DNA of 64,000 nucleotides from an uncultured Candidatus Saccharibacteria bacterium (lineage in GTDB: Bacteria > Patescibacteriota > Saccharimonadia > Saccharimonadales > Saccharimonadaceae). Below are positions 1-10,046 of this stretch, piece after piece. Location of the stretch: NCBI GenBank assembly GCA_963549315.1, contig CAUUYE010000001.1, positions 54,163 through 118,162 on the forward strand. The letters run 5' to 3'. Numbering within the stretch: the stretch's first letter is position 1; each line of letters begins with the position of its first letter. Both the position numbers and the translations under genes were made by a program. The notes beneath the pieces are model-generated. The model was not told the origin of the DNA, made no database searches, and saw nothing but the letters and a program-made list of their open reading frames with translations.

Positions 1-249
1 AAAGATTCCAATTTACCACTAGATATCGACTGTGATTGTCCAACTTGCCAATTAGGCTATACAAGAGGACAACTTCGCAGTTTATGGCGCTCAGGCGATA
101 GGGAATTAAAAGCTAAATTTTATCACCTCGCATCAATACATAATCTTCGTTTCATTATACGTTTAACCGAACAAATCCGAGAGGCCATCATGAATGATTA
201 CTTTCAAGATTTTAAACAAGAATTTCTAAAAAATTATTATCAGAAATAA
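1..249 (+). CDS. tgt: 3' end of tRNA-guanine transglycosylase (partial)
   Basis: Frame 1 reads KDSNLPLDIDCDCPTCQLGYTRGQLRSLW...LASIHNLRFIIRLTEQIREAI...QK*. The CxCxxC...HN Zn site and C-terminal helix match TGT. Confidence 0.85.
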   Translation, partial: KDSNLPLDIDCDCPTCQLGYTRGQLRSLWRSGDRELKAKFYHLASIHNLRFIIRLTEQIREAIMNDYFQDFKQEFLKNYYQK

Positions 250-281
250 ATATCTCATAATTTTTATGGTAAAATTAAAAA

Positions 282-923
282 GTGAATAATCAAATTTCCT
301 TCTTGCGACGACATCCAATTTTAAAAGACATCTTCAGCTTGATTATTTTTGTTTTCTTTGTTGTTATAGGCACACTTTTTTTAAATACTTACATAATTCG
401 TTCCTATAACGTTGTTGGCGCATCCATGGAGAATACACTACACGGTAAAGACCGTCTAATTGTTAACCGAGCAGCAGTTTCTTTATCTCATTTCCTTGGT
501 AAACCATATGTTCCAAAACGTGGACAAATCATCGTTTTTCTTAACGGCGATGCCAGTGGTCCCTTAACTTGTGGCGTTGAAACAACCATTCGTGATCAGT
601 ACATCATTAAGCGCGTCATCGCCTTCCCAGGAGAACGCGTTACGGTCAAAGACAACATTCTTACAGTTTATAATAGCGAACATCCTGAAGGTTTTCATCC
701 TGATGATCAAACCAGAAAGTCAGATTTTGATGGACCTAAAAAACAGACTTCCGGTGAAGTTGACATGATTGTACCTGATGATGAAATCTTCGTAGCCGGA
801 GATAATCGAGAAGGAACTCATTCATATGACTCAAGATATGGTCTAGGCACTATACCATATTGTCGAATTATTGGACCCGTTCTTTTAAGACTTTATCCTT
901 TTAATAAAATTCGTTTATTTTAA
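282..923 (+). CDS. lepB: Signal peptidase I
   Basis: N-terminal TM; GASMENT (Ser), IKRVIAFPGE (Lys) and GDNR..S.DSR motifs. Confidence 0.95.
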   Translation: MNNQISFLRRHPILKDIFSLIIFVFFVVIGTLFLNTYIIRSYNVVGASMENTLHGKDRLIVNRAAVSLSHFLGKPYVPKRGQIIVFLNGDASGPLTCGVETTIRDQYIIKRVIAFPGERVTVKDNILTVYNSEHPEGFHPDDQTRKSDFDGPKKQTSGEVDMIVPDDEIFVAGDNREGTHSYDSRYGLGTIPYCRIIGPVLLRLYPFNKIRLF

Positions 924-937
924 GGTATAATATTTTT

Positions 938-1717
938 ATGTCAGACTATATTTTGATACGCAAAGGTCGGAATATTATTAGTGCAATCCTTCATGCACTT
1001 TTTAATCTTTTTCTTGGTTTGGGCTCAGTATTTATTACGTTTACCACCAGTAGCTGGGTTATTGGGGTCCTTCTTGTCATAATTTCTAAATGGCGTATGT
1101 TTGCAGTACGACCTCGATATCTATTTCTAAACCTCAAATCAAATCTCGTCGATCTTATCGTAGGTTTCTCTTTTGTGTTTATCACTTATTGCTCCGGTCC
1201 AGTTCTTCTTCCAATCCATTTTATTCTTGCAATCCTCTATTCAGCTTGGCTAGTTGTCTTGAAACCAATGTCTACTGAACGTGCATCTTGGTTACAATCT
1301 CTTCTCGCTGTCTTTCTTGGCACAACTGCGACCACGCTCATGTCTGCAACTACTAATTCCGCCATCCCTGTAATTGCAAATTTTCTCATAGGTTTTGCCG
1401 CTGCAAGACACGTCTTAGTTCAAGGAGACGATTCTGAGTTCTCCTTCTTATCTTTAATTGTTGGATTGCTTTTCGCTGAAATTTCATGGCTATGTCAATC
1501 TTGGCTAATTGTCTATACTTTTAAAGAAATTGGCTTCCTCCTTCCTCAATCATCAATTCTCTTAACCGTCTTAATCTTTCTTATTGGTTATATCTTCAAT
1601 AATTTTTCTACAACCGAAAAATTTTCCTTTGCCAAAATCGCTGCCCCAACTATTTTTTCACTAGCTCTCATTCTTATTATCGTGCTATGGTTTAGTCGAC
1701 CATTATTTAATGTTTAA
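938..1717 (+). CDS. Multi-pass membrane protein, unknown function
   Basis: 259 aa, hydrophobic throughout; TATAAT 6 nt before the ATG. Confidence 0.75.
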   Translation: MSDYILIRKGRNIISAILHALFNLFLGLGSVFITFTTSSWVIGVLLVIISKWRMFAVRPRYLFLNLKSNLVDLIVGFSFVFITYCSGPVLLPIHFILAILYSAWLVVLKPMSTERASWLQSLLAVFLGTTATTLMSATTNSAIPVIANFLIGFAAARHVLVQGDDSEFSFLSLIVGLLFAEISWLCQSWLIVYTFKEIGFLLPQSSILLTVLIFLIGYIFNNFSTTEKFSFAKIAAPTIFSLALILIIVLWFSRPLFNV

Positions 1718-1726
1718 GGAGGTAAA

Positions 1727-2956
1727 ATGACAGAAGATTCTAATCATAGAAAAATATCAACAGAAGAACAAGCGTCAGAAAATATTAATAAAGATGTTAA
1801 TCAATCATCAAAACAATTTAAAGAAAAAACGACCAAATCCACTGCAGATTCAAATAATAAACTACCTATTATTCTCTCCACAATTGCCTTAGCCTGTGGA
1901 ATCTATAGTGTAAGTATTACAAGTAATTTAAATAATAATTCTGGATCAAACAATCAATCTTTTAATAAAGATAGTAATTCTGCAAATTTCACTGAAGGCT
2001 CGATTGCAAGCGTTGCTAGCTCAGTATCGAAAAGCGTTGTTTCGATCGTTACTAGTACAAATCAAAAATCATTTTTTAGCGGTGAGAGCTCATCACAAAC
2101 CGCCGCTGGGACGGGTTTTATCCTAAGTAGTGATGGTTACATTGCTACTAATAAACATGTTGTTTCAGGAGCAACGAAAATCGGCGTTGTTTTACATGAT
2201 GGGACCGCTTATGAAGATGTTGAATTAATTGGTACCGACCCTCTTAACGATTTTGCAATCATCAAAATTAAAAACGTAGATAATCTCTCACCCGCTAAGT
2301 TAGGTGATTCCAAAACTACATCAACTGGACAACAAGTAATTGCTATTGGCAATGCACTAGGTGCATACCAAAACTCCGTCACCTCTGGTATTATTTCAGG
2401 AAAAGGTCGTAGTCTCACTGCGACTGATTCATCTCATTCGCAATACGAAACTCTCTCAGATATGATCCAAACTGATGCTGCTATTAATGGTGGTAATTCT
2501 GGTGGACCATTAGTCAATGCTGCTGGCGAAGTGATTGGAATTAATACCGCCTATGCCAGTCAAGGGAATAATGTTGGTTTCGCCATTCCAATTTCTTGTG
2601 TTAAAGGTATTATTAAAAATGTACTTGAAAATAAAGGCTTTGCTCGCGCCGTCATTGGCGTCCGTTATATCAACCTCACGCCAAGTATTGCAAAAGAAAA
2701 GAATCTTAATGTTACGCAAGGAGCCCTAATTTCCTCTAGTCGAAACAATCGTGCTGTCATCCAAGGTAGTGCAGGAGATAAAGCAGGGCTCAAAGAGAAT
2801 GACGTCATCACTCAGGTTAACGGTATCAATATTGGTGACGCTGGTTCACTAGCTAGCTTAATTGGTGAATATTCTGTTGGTGACACGGTCAAACTAACTA
2901 TTTCGCGCAATCAAAAAACAGAAATCATCGAATTAACATTAGAAGCATATAAATAA
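1727..2956 (+). CDS. htrA: HtrA/DegP-family serine protease with PDZ domain
   Basis: TM anchor, TNKHVV, QTDAAINGGNSGGPL, C-terminal PDZ; RBS AAGGAGG. Confidence 0.93.
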   Translation: MTEDSNHRKISTEEQASENINKDVNQSSKQFKEKTTKSTADSNNKLPIILSTIALACGIYSVSITSNLNNNSGSNNQSFNKDSNSANFTEGSIASVASSVSKSVVSIVTSTNQKSFFSGESSSQTAAGTGFILSSDGYIATNKHVVSGATKIGVVLHDGTAYEDVELIGTDPLNDFAIIKIKNVDNLSPAKLGDSKTTSTGQQVIAIGNALGAYQNSVTSGIISGKGRSLTATDSSHSQYETLSDMIQTDAAINGGNSGGPLVNAAGEVIGINTAYASQGNNVGFAIPISCVKGIIKNVLENKGFARAVIGVRYINLTPSIAKEKNLNVTQGALISSSRNNRAVIQGSAGDKAGLKENDVITQVNGINIGDAGSLASLIGEYSVGDTVKLTISRNQKTEIIELTLEAYK

Positions 2957-2979
2957 AAGAAATAATAGACTGTAGATAG

Positions 2980-3010
2980 AAAATAGGATCCAAAAGATCC
3001 TATTTTTTAT
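2980..3010 (+). terminator. Intrinsic terminator after htrA
   Basis: AAAATAGGATC-caaaa-GATCCTATTTT stem followed by a T-run. Confidence 0.8.
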
Positions 3011-3028
3011 TTTGGTTTTTATCTCATG

Positions 3029-3126
3029 AAATTTAATAAAAATATCAGTCATCAAATATACATGGCGACTGGGCGAAGCTCATCTTCAAGGTCGCAAAAA
3101 AATTTAATAAAAATATCAATCATCAA
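3029..3126. repeat. 27-bp direct repeat pair flanking a 44-nt core
   Basis: AAATTTAATAAAAATATCAGTCATCAA (3029-3055) and AAATTTAATAAAAATATCAATCATCAA (3100-3126), one mismatch. Confidence 0.8.
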
Positions 3127-3174
3127 CTGAGTAATAATAAATAGAATAATAAAAATTAAGGAAAATATTTAAAA

Positions 3175-4131
3175 TTAATACTCAAAAAAAGTGATCAGAT
3201 CACATTTATCTATATATTTAAATCCGTAACGTTTCGCATAACGAATAATCTTCTCTTGTTGACTCATATCAGATTCAATTAATAAATATTTATGATGTTT
3301 AGTTTTTTCTTCAAATAGTTTTGGCCATTTTGTATGAATTTGTCGAATTAATTTATAGATCAAGGCTAATCCACCTTTATCCGCAAACAACGCAATACTT
3401 GGTTCAAACTCAATCTCTGGCGAACGCCATTCCCAATTTCGATCTACATAAGGTAAATTCGCCATAATAATATCAGGAACAGGCGCAGGGTTGCTAATCC
3501 TATTCAATAAATCACTAGTCATATATTCCAAATTAGTCAGCTTGTAATGATTCTTATTTGTAATAGCTACACATAAAGCTTCTTTCGAAATATCTAATCC
3601 AAGCACTTCAGCGTTTTTACAATCTAGCGCCACCGAGATTGCAGCACATCCTGAACCAGTGCCAACATCAAAAATAAGTACAGACGAGAGTATCTCATTT
3701 CTTAATCTATCATATTCTTCTTTAATTGTCGGATTATCCGGCCAACTTGGTTCAATCGCACCAAATTTCTCTTTAATAACTTGGTCAAAAGTTTCAATCT
3801 TATGTTTTAAAATTAAATTATATAGACCAATTGTAATTTTAACCATCAATTCAGTTTCAGGACGTGGCACTAAAACATCAGGCGTAACCTTAAATTTATG
3901 ACCAAAAAACCATTTCTCACCTGTAATATACGCTAGTGGCACATGCTGTGCCCTAAGTCCTAACATTCGATCCGCCGTCCGTCGTTCTTTATCGGTCAAT
4001 ACAGAAGAACCATGCGTCACTAAAAAAGATCGATCAGCTGCCTTTATCACATTAGATAAAATCAGTTCTGCATCTAACGGATTCACTAGCCCCTTTGCCT
4101 GTGTTAACCATCTTTTTACCGTTAACGACAT
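3175..4131 (-). CDS. prmC: Release factor glutamine methyltransferase (HemK/PrmC)
   Basis: PLAYITG.K.FFG, VLVPRPETE, DVGTGSG, NLPY, FEP..ALF; directly downstream of prfA. Confidence 0.93.
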   Translation of the reverse strand: MSLTVKRWLTQAKGLVNPLDAELILSNVIKAADRSFLVTHGSSVLTDKERRTADRMLGLRAQHVPLAYITGEKWFFGHKFKVTPDVLVPRPETELMVKITIGLYNLILKHKIETFDQVIKEKFGAIEPSWPDNPTIKEEYDRLRNEILSSVLIFDVGTGSGCAAISVALDCKNAEVLGLDISKEALCVAITNKNHYKLTNLEYMTSDLLNRISNPAPVPDIIMANLPYVDRNWEWRSPEIEFEPSIALFADKGGLALIYKLIRQIHTKWPKLFEEKTKHHKYLLIESDMSQQEKIIRYAKRYGFKYIDKCDLITFFEY

Positions 4132-4136
4132 CTATT

Positions 4137-5201
4137 TTACTCCTTGATCCCGTTTTCATCTCGAATCGTTTGAATCTCATACTTCTTTAGCTCATCTAAA
4201 ATATCATCAATATCCCCATCCATTACAGCATTAATATTTGAACGCGAATAGTGAATTCGATGATCTGTAACACGATCTTGTGGGAAATTATAAGTACGTA
4301 TTTTTTCCGAACGGTCTCCCGTACCAATCAAAGATTTACGAGTTGCTGAAGCATTTGCTGCCTCCTCTGCTCTCCTTTGATCATTCAAACGCGTTCTTAG
4401 TACCATCATTGCTTTTTCTTTATTTTGCCTTAAAGATCTCTCGTCTTGCATCGCTACAACTAGTCCTGATGGTAAATGCGTAATTCTGATTGCTGAATTC
4501 GTTGTATTAACTGACTGTCCACCGTGTCCACCAGAATGATAAATATCAATTCGTAAATCTTTTTCATCAATTTCGATTTCAGACTCTTTCACTTCCGGCA
4601 AAGCTACCACTGTAGCAGTCGAAGTATGAATTCGCCCCTGTGATTCAGTTACTGGTACTCGTTGTACTCGATGTACACCACTTTCAAATTTTAAATCACC
4701 ATAAGGTTTTTCGCCAGAGATTTTAAATACTACCTCTTTAATTCCACCTGCTTCATTAATATTTTCAGACATTAATTCAGTTTTTAATCCATGCTTTTCA
4801 GCATAACGCAAATACATTCGATAAAGTTCACTAGCAAATAAAGATGCCTCATCTCCACCAGCTCCCGCTCTAATCTCCATAATTACCGGTTTATCATCGT
4901 CAGGATCTCTTGGAATCAATTTTTCTTCAAGCTGCAAAGTTAGCTCACTAATCTTTTGCTCAGATTCACTAATATCCAATTTTGCCACCTCTCCTAAAAT
5001 AGGGTCTGACAAAAGTTTTTCCGATTCTCTAATATTGTTTTTTAACTGCGAAATTTTCTTATCAATACTTATGATTTCATTTATTTCCGATAAACGTTTC
5101 GATTTAGAAGCAAAACTATCATCAAGATAAGCCTTTGGATCAGACAAAAAAAGCGAAATCGCACTAGCTTCTTCTCTTAAATTCTTAATTTTATTTTCCA
5201 T
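4137..5201 (-). CDS. prfA: Peptide chain release factor 1
   Basis: [21 protein letters not shown] (PxT), [20 protein letters not shown] at 5201 preferred over TTG at 5207. Confidence 0.96.
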   Translation of the reverse strand: MENKIKNLREEASAISLFLSDPKAYLDDSFASKSKRLSEINEIISIDKKISQLKNNIRESEKLLSDPILGEVAKLDISESEQKISELTLQLEEKLIPRDPDDDKPVIMEIRAGAGGDEASLFASELYRMYLRYAEKHGLKTELMSENINEAGGIKEVVFKISGEKPYGDLKFESGVHRVQRVPVTESQGRIHTSTATVVALPEVKESEIEIDEKDLRIDIYHSGGHGGQSVNTTNSAIRITHLPSGLVVAMQDERSLRQNKEKAMMVLRTRLNDQRRAEEAANASATRKSLIGTGDRSEKIRTYNFPQDRVTDHRIHYSRSNINAVMDGDIDDILDELKKYEIQTIRDENGIKE

Positions 5202-5212
5202 ATTCAAAACCC

Positions 5213-5289
5213 TGGTGGGTCTTACTGGGCTCGAACCAGTGACCTTACGAATGTGAATCGTACGCTCTAGCCAACTGAGCTAAAGACCC
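5213..5289 (-). tRNA. tRNA-Val(CAC)
   Basis: Reverse complement GGGTCTTTAGCTCAGTTGGCTAGAGCG TACGA-TTCACAT-TCGTA AGGTCACTGGTTCGAGCCCAGTAAGACCCACCA folds as a cloverleaf with encoded CCA. Confidence 0.93.
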
Positions 5290-5317
5290 TACTCTAGTAT
5301 TATAACAAAGAAACTAT

Positions 5318-5353
5318 AAAAAAATAAAGACAGGTACCCATCTTTATTTTTAA
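5318..5353 (-). terminator. Terminator after rpmE
   Basis: AAAAAATAAAGA...TCTTTATTTTTT inverted repeat. Confidence 0.6.
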
Positions 5354-5358
5354 TTATT

Positions 5359-5688
5359 TTATTCTTCTTTGGCAGCCTTTTTTTCTGCTTCTTTTTCAGC
5401 TTTTCTCGCCTTATTTGCTAGTGCAGCCTTACGTTCTTCCGCTTTCTTAGCACGTGCTTTAAAGCGATCGACGCGTCCTTCAGTATCAATAATCTTCTCT
5501 TCACCTGTGAAGAATGGATGCGAAGCCGAAGAAATTTGCACTTTCACTAATGGATATTCATCTCCATCAGTCCATTTTATCGTCTCATCACTTTTAGCAG
5601 TAGACTTAGTTAGGAAAGAAAAGTTTGCTGCTTCATCTGCAAAGACCACAAAACGGTAATCTTTTGGTTGTAGTTCTTTTTTACTCAT
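5359..5688 (-). CDS. rpmE: 50S ribosomal protein L31 type B with Lys/Ala/Glu-rich tail
   Basis: YRFVVF.D, YPLVKVQISSASHPFFTG, DTEGRVDRF; no Zn cysteines. Confidence 0.93.
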   Translation of the reverse strand: MSKKELQPKDYRFVVFADEAANFSFLTKSTAKSDETIKWTDGDEYPLVKVQISSASHPFFTGEEKIIDTEGRVDRFKARAKKAEERKAALANKARKAEKEAEKKAAKEE

Positions 5689-5843
5689 AATTGTAGAAAA
5701 TATATCAGATTATCGTTAAAATGTAAAGGAAAGAAAACACATCTATATACAGGAATCAGTATCTTATCTATCCCTAACTAGAGTATCCCTATACAAAATC
5801 GAAAAATATAGTATAATGAAAATATAACAAATTTAACGAAACA

Positions 5844-5877
5844 ACTTCGCGCGTTTTCCTGAAAAATCATGCGAAGT
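5844..5877 (+). promoter_or_regulatory. Hairpin in the rpsB leader (possible S2 autoregulatory element)
   Basis: ACTTCGC...GCGAAGT stem with inner TTTTC/GAAAA, just upstream of the RBS. Confidence 0.45.
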
Positions 5878-5893
5878 GAAGGGAAAGGAAAAC

Positions 5894-6580
5894 ATGTCAA
5901 TTAGAATCGACATGAAAGAGCTCCTTGAGGCGGGAGCACATTTTGGACATAAAACCTCACGTTGGCATCCAAAGATGGCTGAATATATCCATAGCAAACG
6001 TCAAGACACTCACATTATCAATCTAGAAAAAACCGTTGCAGGTATTGAACATGCTATCCCTGCCATTGAAAAAGTCATCAAAGACGGCAAAAAAGTCCTC
6101 TTTGTCGGTACAAAAAAGCAACTCAAGGCTTTAGTTAAGGAAGTAGCCGAATCTGTAGAAATGCCTTATGTCACCGAACGTTGGATTGGTGGTACACTCA
6201 CTAACGTTGAAACCGTCAACCGTCAAATCAAAAAGCTTAAAGATCTTGAGCGTCGCATGAAGTCCGGTGAACTTGAAGCTCGTTACTCTAAACTTGAAGT
6301 TCAGCGTTTCCAAGAAGAGATCGATATGTTAAATACCCGTTATGGCGGCATTAAAGACATGACCGAACAACCAAGTTTAGTCATTGTTACTGATGCCTGT
6401 GAAGATAAGAATGCTATCAAAGAGGCTAGAACTCTTAATATCCCAGTCATTGCTATCTGCGATACTAATGTTGACCCATCTGATATTAATTTCGTTATTC
6501 CAGCCAACGACGATTCTACTAAAGCAGAAAAACTAATACTCGGCTATTTTGTTGAAGCAATCAAAGAAGCAAAAAAATAA
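5894..6580 (+). CDS. rpsB: 30S ribosomal protein S2
   Basis: LLEAGAHFGH, RWHPKM, RWIGGTLTN, DTNVDP, PANDD; RBS before ATG 5894. Confidence 0.97.
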   Translation: MSIRIDMKELLEAGAHFGHKTSRWHPKMAEYIHSKRQDTHIINLEKTVAGIEHAIPAIEKVIKDGKKVLFVGTKKQLKALVKEVAESVEMPYVTERWIGGTLTNVETVNRQIKKLKDLERRMKSGELEARYSKLEVQRFQEEIDMLNTRYGGIKDMTEQPSLVIVTDACEDKNAIKEARTLNIPVIAICDTNVDPSDINFVIPANDDSTKAEKLILGYFVEAIKEAKK

Positions 6581-6596
6581 TCAAAAGGAGTAAAAA

Positions 6597-7187
6597 ATGG
6601 CAGAAATTACCATTGAAGCAATAAAAAAACTCAAAGAGCTCTCAGGCGTTGGTTTAACTGATGCCAAAAAAGCTCTCGTCGAAGCAGCTGGCGATTTTGA
6701 CAAAGCTCTCAAAGCCATGCGTGAAAAAGGTCTTACCAAAGCCGAAAAACGCAGCGATCGCGAAACACGTGAGGGAGTTGTTGCTTCATATATTCATGAC
6801 AATCGACTTGGCGCAATTGTTGAAGTAAACTGTGAAACCAGCTTTGTCGCCAATACTGATGAATTTAAAGAACTTACCCATAAGCTAGCGATGCAAATTG
6901 CCTCCATGGATCCACTCTACGTTTCAGAAAATGATATTCCCGAAAAAGCCCGCAAAGAAAAAGTTGCCGAATTTGAAGCTAAATTTAAAGGTCCAGCAAA
7001 GATGAAGGATCAGATCATCGACGGACAGGTCAAGAAAGCTTTCTCTGACAAAGTTCTCATGTTACAGCCTTACATCCTTGATGATACTAAGACAGTAGCA
7101 GAATATATCAAAGAAATGATTGCAAAAACAGGTGAAAACATCACAGTTCGTCAATTCAAACGCATCGAACTTGGTGTTAATGAATAA
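6597..7187 (+). CDS. tsf: Elongation factor Ts (short form)
   Basis: DAKKALVEA.GD, EVNCETSFVA; follows rpsB. Confidence 0.96.
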   Translation: MAEITIEAIKKLKELSGVGLTDAKKALVEAAGDFDKALKAMREKGLTKAEKRSDRETREGVVASYIHDNRLGAIVEVNCETSFVANTDEFKELTHKLAMQIASMDPLYVSENDIPEKARKEKVAEFEAKFKGPAKMKDQIIDGQVKKAFSDKVLMLQPYILDDTKTVAEYIKEMIAKTGENITVRQFKRIELGVNE

Positions 7188-7200
7188 TTATTAATACCTA

Positions 7201-7233
7201 TAAAAAATAGACCTCAAAGAGGTTTATTTTTTA
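7201..7233 (+). terminator. Terminator of rpsB-tsf
   Basis: TAAAAAATAGACCTC-aaa-GAGGTTTATTTTTTA. Confidence 0.8.
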
Positions 7234-7262
7234 TTTTGTTAAGATTATGCTAATATATGCAC

Positions 7263-8612
7263 ATGAATATATTGTTTGGTGTTATTGTTGGTTTTATTGT
7301 TCTAACTATTTTAGTAGTACTTCACGAATTTGGTCATTTTTATATGGCAAAAAAAAGTGGTGTAAAAGTTAATGAATTTGGTATTGGCTTTCCACCACGT
7401 GCCATTGGTTGGATCCATCTTCCTGCAGATGAAATAGAAAATTATTTAAACCAACTATCCGATGAAGCAAAATCACAAATTCCACTCCAAAAGATTGAAA
7501 AAATAATCAAAAATACTAAAGCACAATCCACTCGAAACAAGAAAAAATATTATTGGATCCGTTTTCCAAAATCCGAATACAATAAGCCACAAAAATATTT
7601 AATTTTTAGTTTAAATTATCTGCCGATCGGTGGTTTCTGTGCCATGGATGGCGAATCGGCAGCAGATACCAGAAAAGGAACTTTTGGCGCTACAAATTTT
7701 TGGCAGAAAACCAATATCCTTTTTGGTGGTGTAATCATGAACTGGTTAACTGCTATAATTATTTTCACAATACTAGCATGGACTGGCATGCCAAGTTTCC
7801 TACCAGACCAATTTACTATTAAGAATGACGAAAATTTTACAAAAGATTTAGTCACAGTATATGACGTTCAAAAAGATTCACCTGCCGAAAAAGCTGGTAT
7901 TAAAGTTAATTCTAAAATCATCAGTATGTCAGAGGGTGACAATCTACAATCACCGATCGAAGTAGTCAATATACATTCAATCAAAGAGTTTAATGAGACT
8001 CACAAAGGACAAGTAGTTTCTTATAAATTATCCGATTCAGATGGCAAAATTTATCAAGTCACAGCCAAACTAAATCCAGAAAAAGACAATCTTCCCGCGC
8101 TCGGTATAGCTATGCAATCTTCGAATAAACAGTCTCTCACGCGTTATACTTGGTCTGCTCCTCTAGTTGGACTTGGCACGACAGCACAGATTACTCAAAA
8201 AACATTTGAAGGGATCGGCGACTTAGTTAAAAATATTTTTCAAGGTGGTCTTAGGCAGTTTAGTAATAATAGCTCCGTAAAAGAAGAGGGGAAACAACAA
8301 ATCGAAAAAGCAGGTGATTCAGTCTCAGGACCGGTTGGCATTATCGGTGTACTTTTCCCAGCCTTTACTAGTGCAGGTCCAACGAATCTTGCCTTCCTTG
8401 CTGCCGTTATTTCCATCTCTCTCGCCTGCATGAACGTTCTACCAATCCCTGCACTTGATGGTGGACGTTGGTTCCTCATAGGTCTCTACAAACTTCGTCA
8501 TAAAAAATTACAAAAAGAAACTGAAGAAAAAATAGTCGGTCGAGCTTTTCTAGTACTAATCATTCTCAGTCTCTTTATCACAATTTTAGATATAATTAAA
8601 TTTACTAAATAA
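7263..8612 (+). CDS. rseP: RseP/RasP site-2 (M50) intramembrane metalloprotease with PDZ
   Basis: HEFGH, EFGIGFPP, PIGGFC, SGPVGI, NVLPIPALDGGR. Confidence 0.92.
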   Translation: MNILFGVIVGFIVLTILVVLHEFGHFYMAKKSGVKVNEFGIGFPPRAIGWIHLPADEIENYLNQLSDEAKSQIPLQKIEKIIKNTKAQSTRNKKKYYWIRFPKSEYNKPQKYLIFSLNYLPIGGFCAMDGESAADTRKGTFGATNFWQKTNILFGGVIMNWLTAIIIFTILAWTGMPSFLPDQFTIKNDENFTKDLVTVYDVQKDSPAEKAGIKVNSKIISMSEGDNLQSPIEVVNIHSIKEFNETHKGQVVSYKLSDSDGKIYQVTAKLNPEKDNLPALGIAMQSSNKQSLTRYTWSAPLVGLGTTAQITQKTFEGIGDLVKNIFQGGLRQFSNNSSVKEEGKQQIEKAGDSVSGPVGIIGVLFPAFTSAGPTNLAFLAAVISISLACMNVLPIPALDGGRWFLIGLYKLRHKKLQKETEEKIVGRAFLVLIILSLFITILDIIKFTK

Positions 8613-8617
8613 GTATC

Positions 8618-9481
8618 ATGAATCAACACCCTATAAAATCCACTAAAATAACAGACATTAAGCTCCCTGATCATCAATCAGAAAGTGTAGATTTCACACA
8701 AACCGAAAATCACACACAAAAAAATATTAGTCGTACTAAAAAATCTCAAAAATTTCTTTTAATCTGCAATTATCTCTTATCAGCTTATTTTTTATCCTAC
8801 GGGTCTGAATTAATTGTTGGTTATTCCATGATTTATCTCATAGGTTTATCAGTTTTTAATACACCACTAATAACTGCTATTTATACAGCCCTCTCATACC
8901 TACTTGTTTTATTTTTGCTAATCATTTTACCAAACATTCTCTCATCAAAAAATAAAACTAAACAGAATGTTATACAAAAGTTTGTAAGTTCTTGGCAAAC
9001 TGATCGTAAAGAACTTGGACTAGTGGGACTCCCCACTTACACCGACATTGCTTTAAGTATTATTGGTTTTGCCATCTATGCTGGACTCTCCTACTTTATA
9101 TTAGAATTGTTTACTCGATTTAGTTGGTTTCAACCTAATCAAGAACAAGCTACAGGCTTCTCTCATTATTTAATTGGTACGGATCGCATTTTTGCTTTTT
9201 TCGCTTTAGTCATATTTGCCCCAATTTTTGAAGAGGTTATTTATCGTGGATGGCTCTATAGTAAAATCCGCAAACAAACCAACCAAACTTTTGCGATTCT
9301 CCTTACATCCGTTTTATTCGGTATCGCTCACGGTCAATGGAACGTAGGAGTCAATGTTTTCGCTCTAAGCTTAGTTTTATGTTCACTACGAGAAATAAAT
9401 GGCACTATCTATTCTGGTATCTTACTACATATGATCAAAAACGGAATCGCCTTCTTTTATATATACGTAATGGGAATTTAA
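8618..9481 (+). CDS. CPBP (CAAX/Abi) family intramembrane protease
   Basis: EEVIYRG, FGIAH and HMIKN motifs; multiple TMs. Confidence 0.88.
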   Translation: MNQHPIKSTKITDIKLPDHQSESVDFTQTENHTQKNISRTKKSQKFLLICNYLLSAYFLSYGSELIVGYSMIYLIGLSVFNTPLITAIYTALSYLLVLFLLIILPNILSSKNKTKQNVIQKFVSSWQTDRKELGLVGLPTYTDIALSIIGFAIYAGLSYFILELFTRFSWFQPNQEQATGFSHYLIGTDRIFAFFALVIFAPIFEEVIYRGWLYSKIRKQTNQTFAILLTSVLFGIAHGQWNVGVNVFALSLVLCSLREINGTIYSGILLHMIKNGIAFFYIYVMGI

Positions 9482-9512
9482 ATTAATAAATTATTATTTT
9501 TACGTTTAACCC

Positions 9513-9959
9513 TTATTCAATTGAAAGAATCTCGCCTTCATTACCATTTGGCAAAAGATATTTATCACCCACCTTCTTACCCATAATCGCTTTACCAATT
9601 GGAGAAATATCTGAAATACGACCATTCAACGGATCCGCTTCAACTTCACCAACAATCATATATTCATGTTCTTTTCCAAGAATCTTAATTTTAACCTTCG
9701 CACCTACCGCCACTTCCTTAAAAGAACCTGTTTCAATAATTTTTGCATTTTTTAAGATATCTTCAATTTCCAAGATTCTAGTTTCAATCTGACGTTGCTC
9801 ATCACGTGCGTCAGTGTATTCCTGATTTTCCTTTAAATCGCCAAAAGAGCGAGCGTAAGCCAATCGATCCGCAACCAACGGACGTTCAGCAATTAGCTCT
9901 TTTAATTCCTTTTCAAGTTCAGCTTTGCCATCTTTAGTTAAGCTAATATTTTTTTTCAT
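9513..9959 (-). CDS. greA: Transcription elongation factor GreA
   Basis: ARSFGDLKENQEY, ISDISPIGKA; ATG at 9959. Confidence 0.95.
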   Translation of the reverse strand: MKKNISLTKDGKAELEKELKELIAERPLVADRLAYARSFGDLKENQEYTDARDEQRQIETRILEIEDILKNAKIIETGSFKEVAVGAKVKIKILGKEHEYMIVGEVEADPLNGRISDISPIGKAIMGKKVGDKYLLPNGNEGEILSIE

Positions 9960-10046
9960 GCTTAATAAAATACACGTTAGTAGAATAAAAGTCAAGGATC
10001 ATGATATAATCTATATATAGAATAAATTAAAGAGAAAGGTAAGGGG

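Noticed and set aside
3029..3126. Possible mini CRISPR array
   Set aside because: Only two AT-rich, non-palindromic repeats and no cas genes; kept as an unexplained repeat.
8618..9481. CPBP/'Abi' protease as a phage-defence gene
   Set aside because: The Abi label for this family does not imply abortive infection, and the context is housekeeping.
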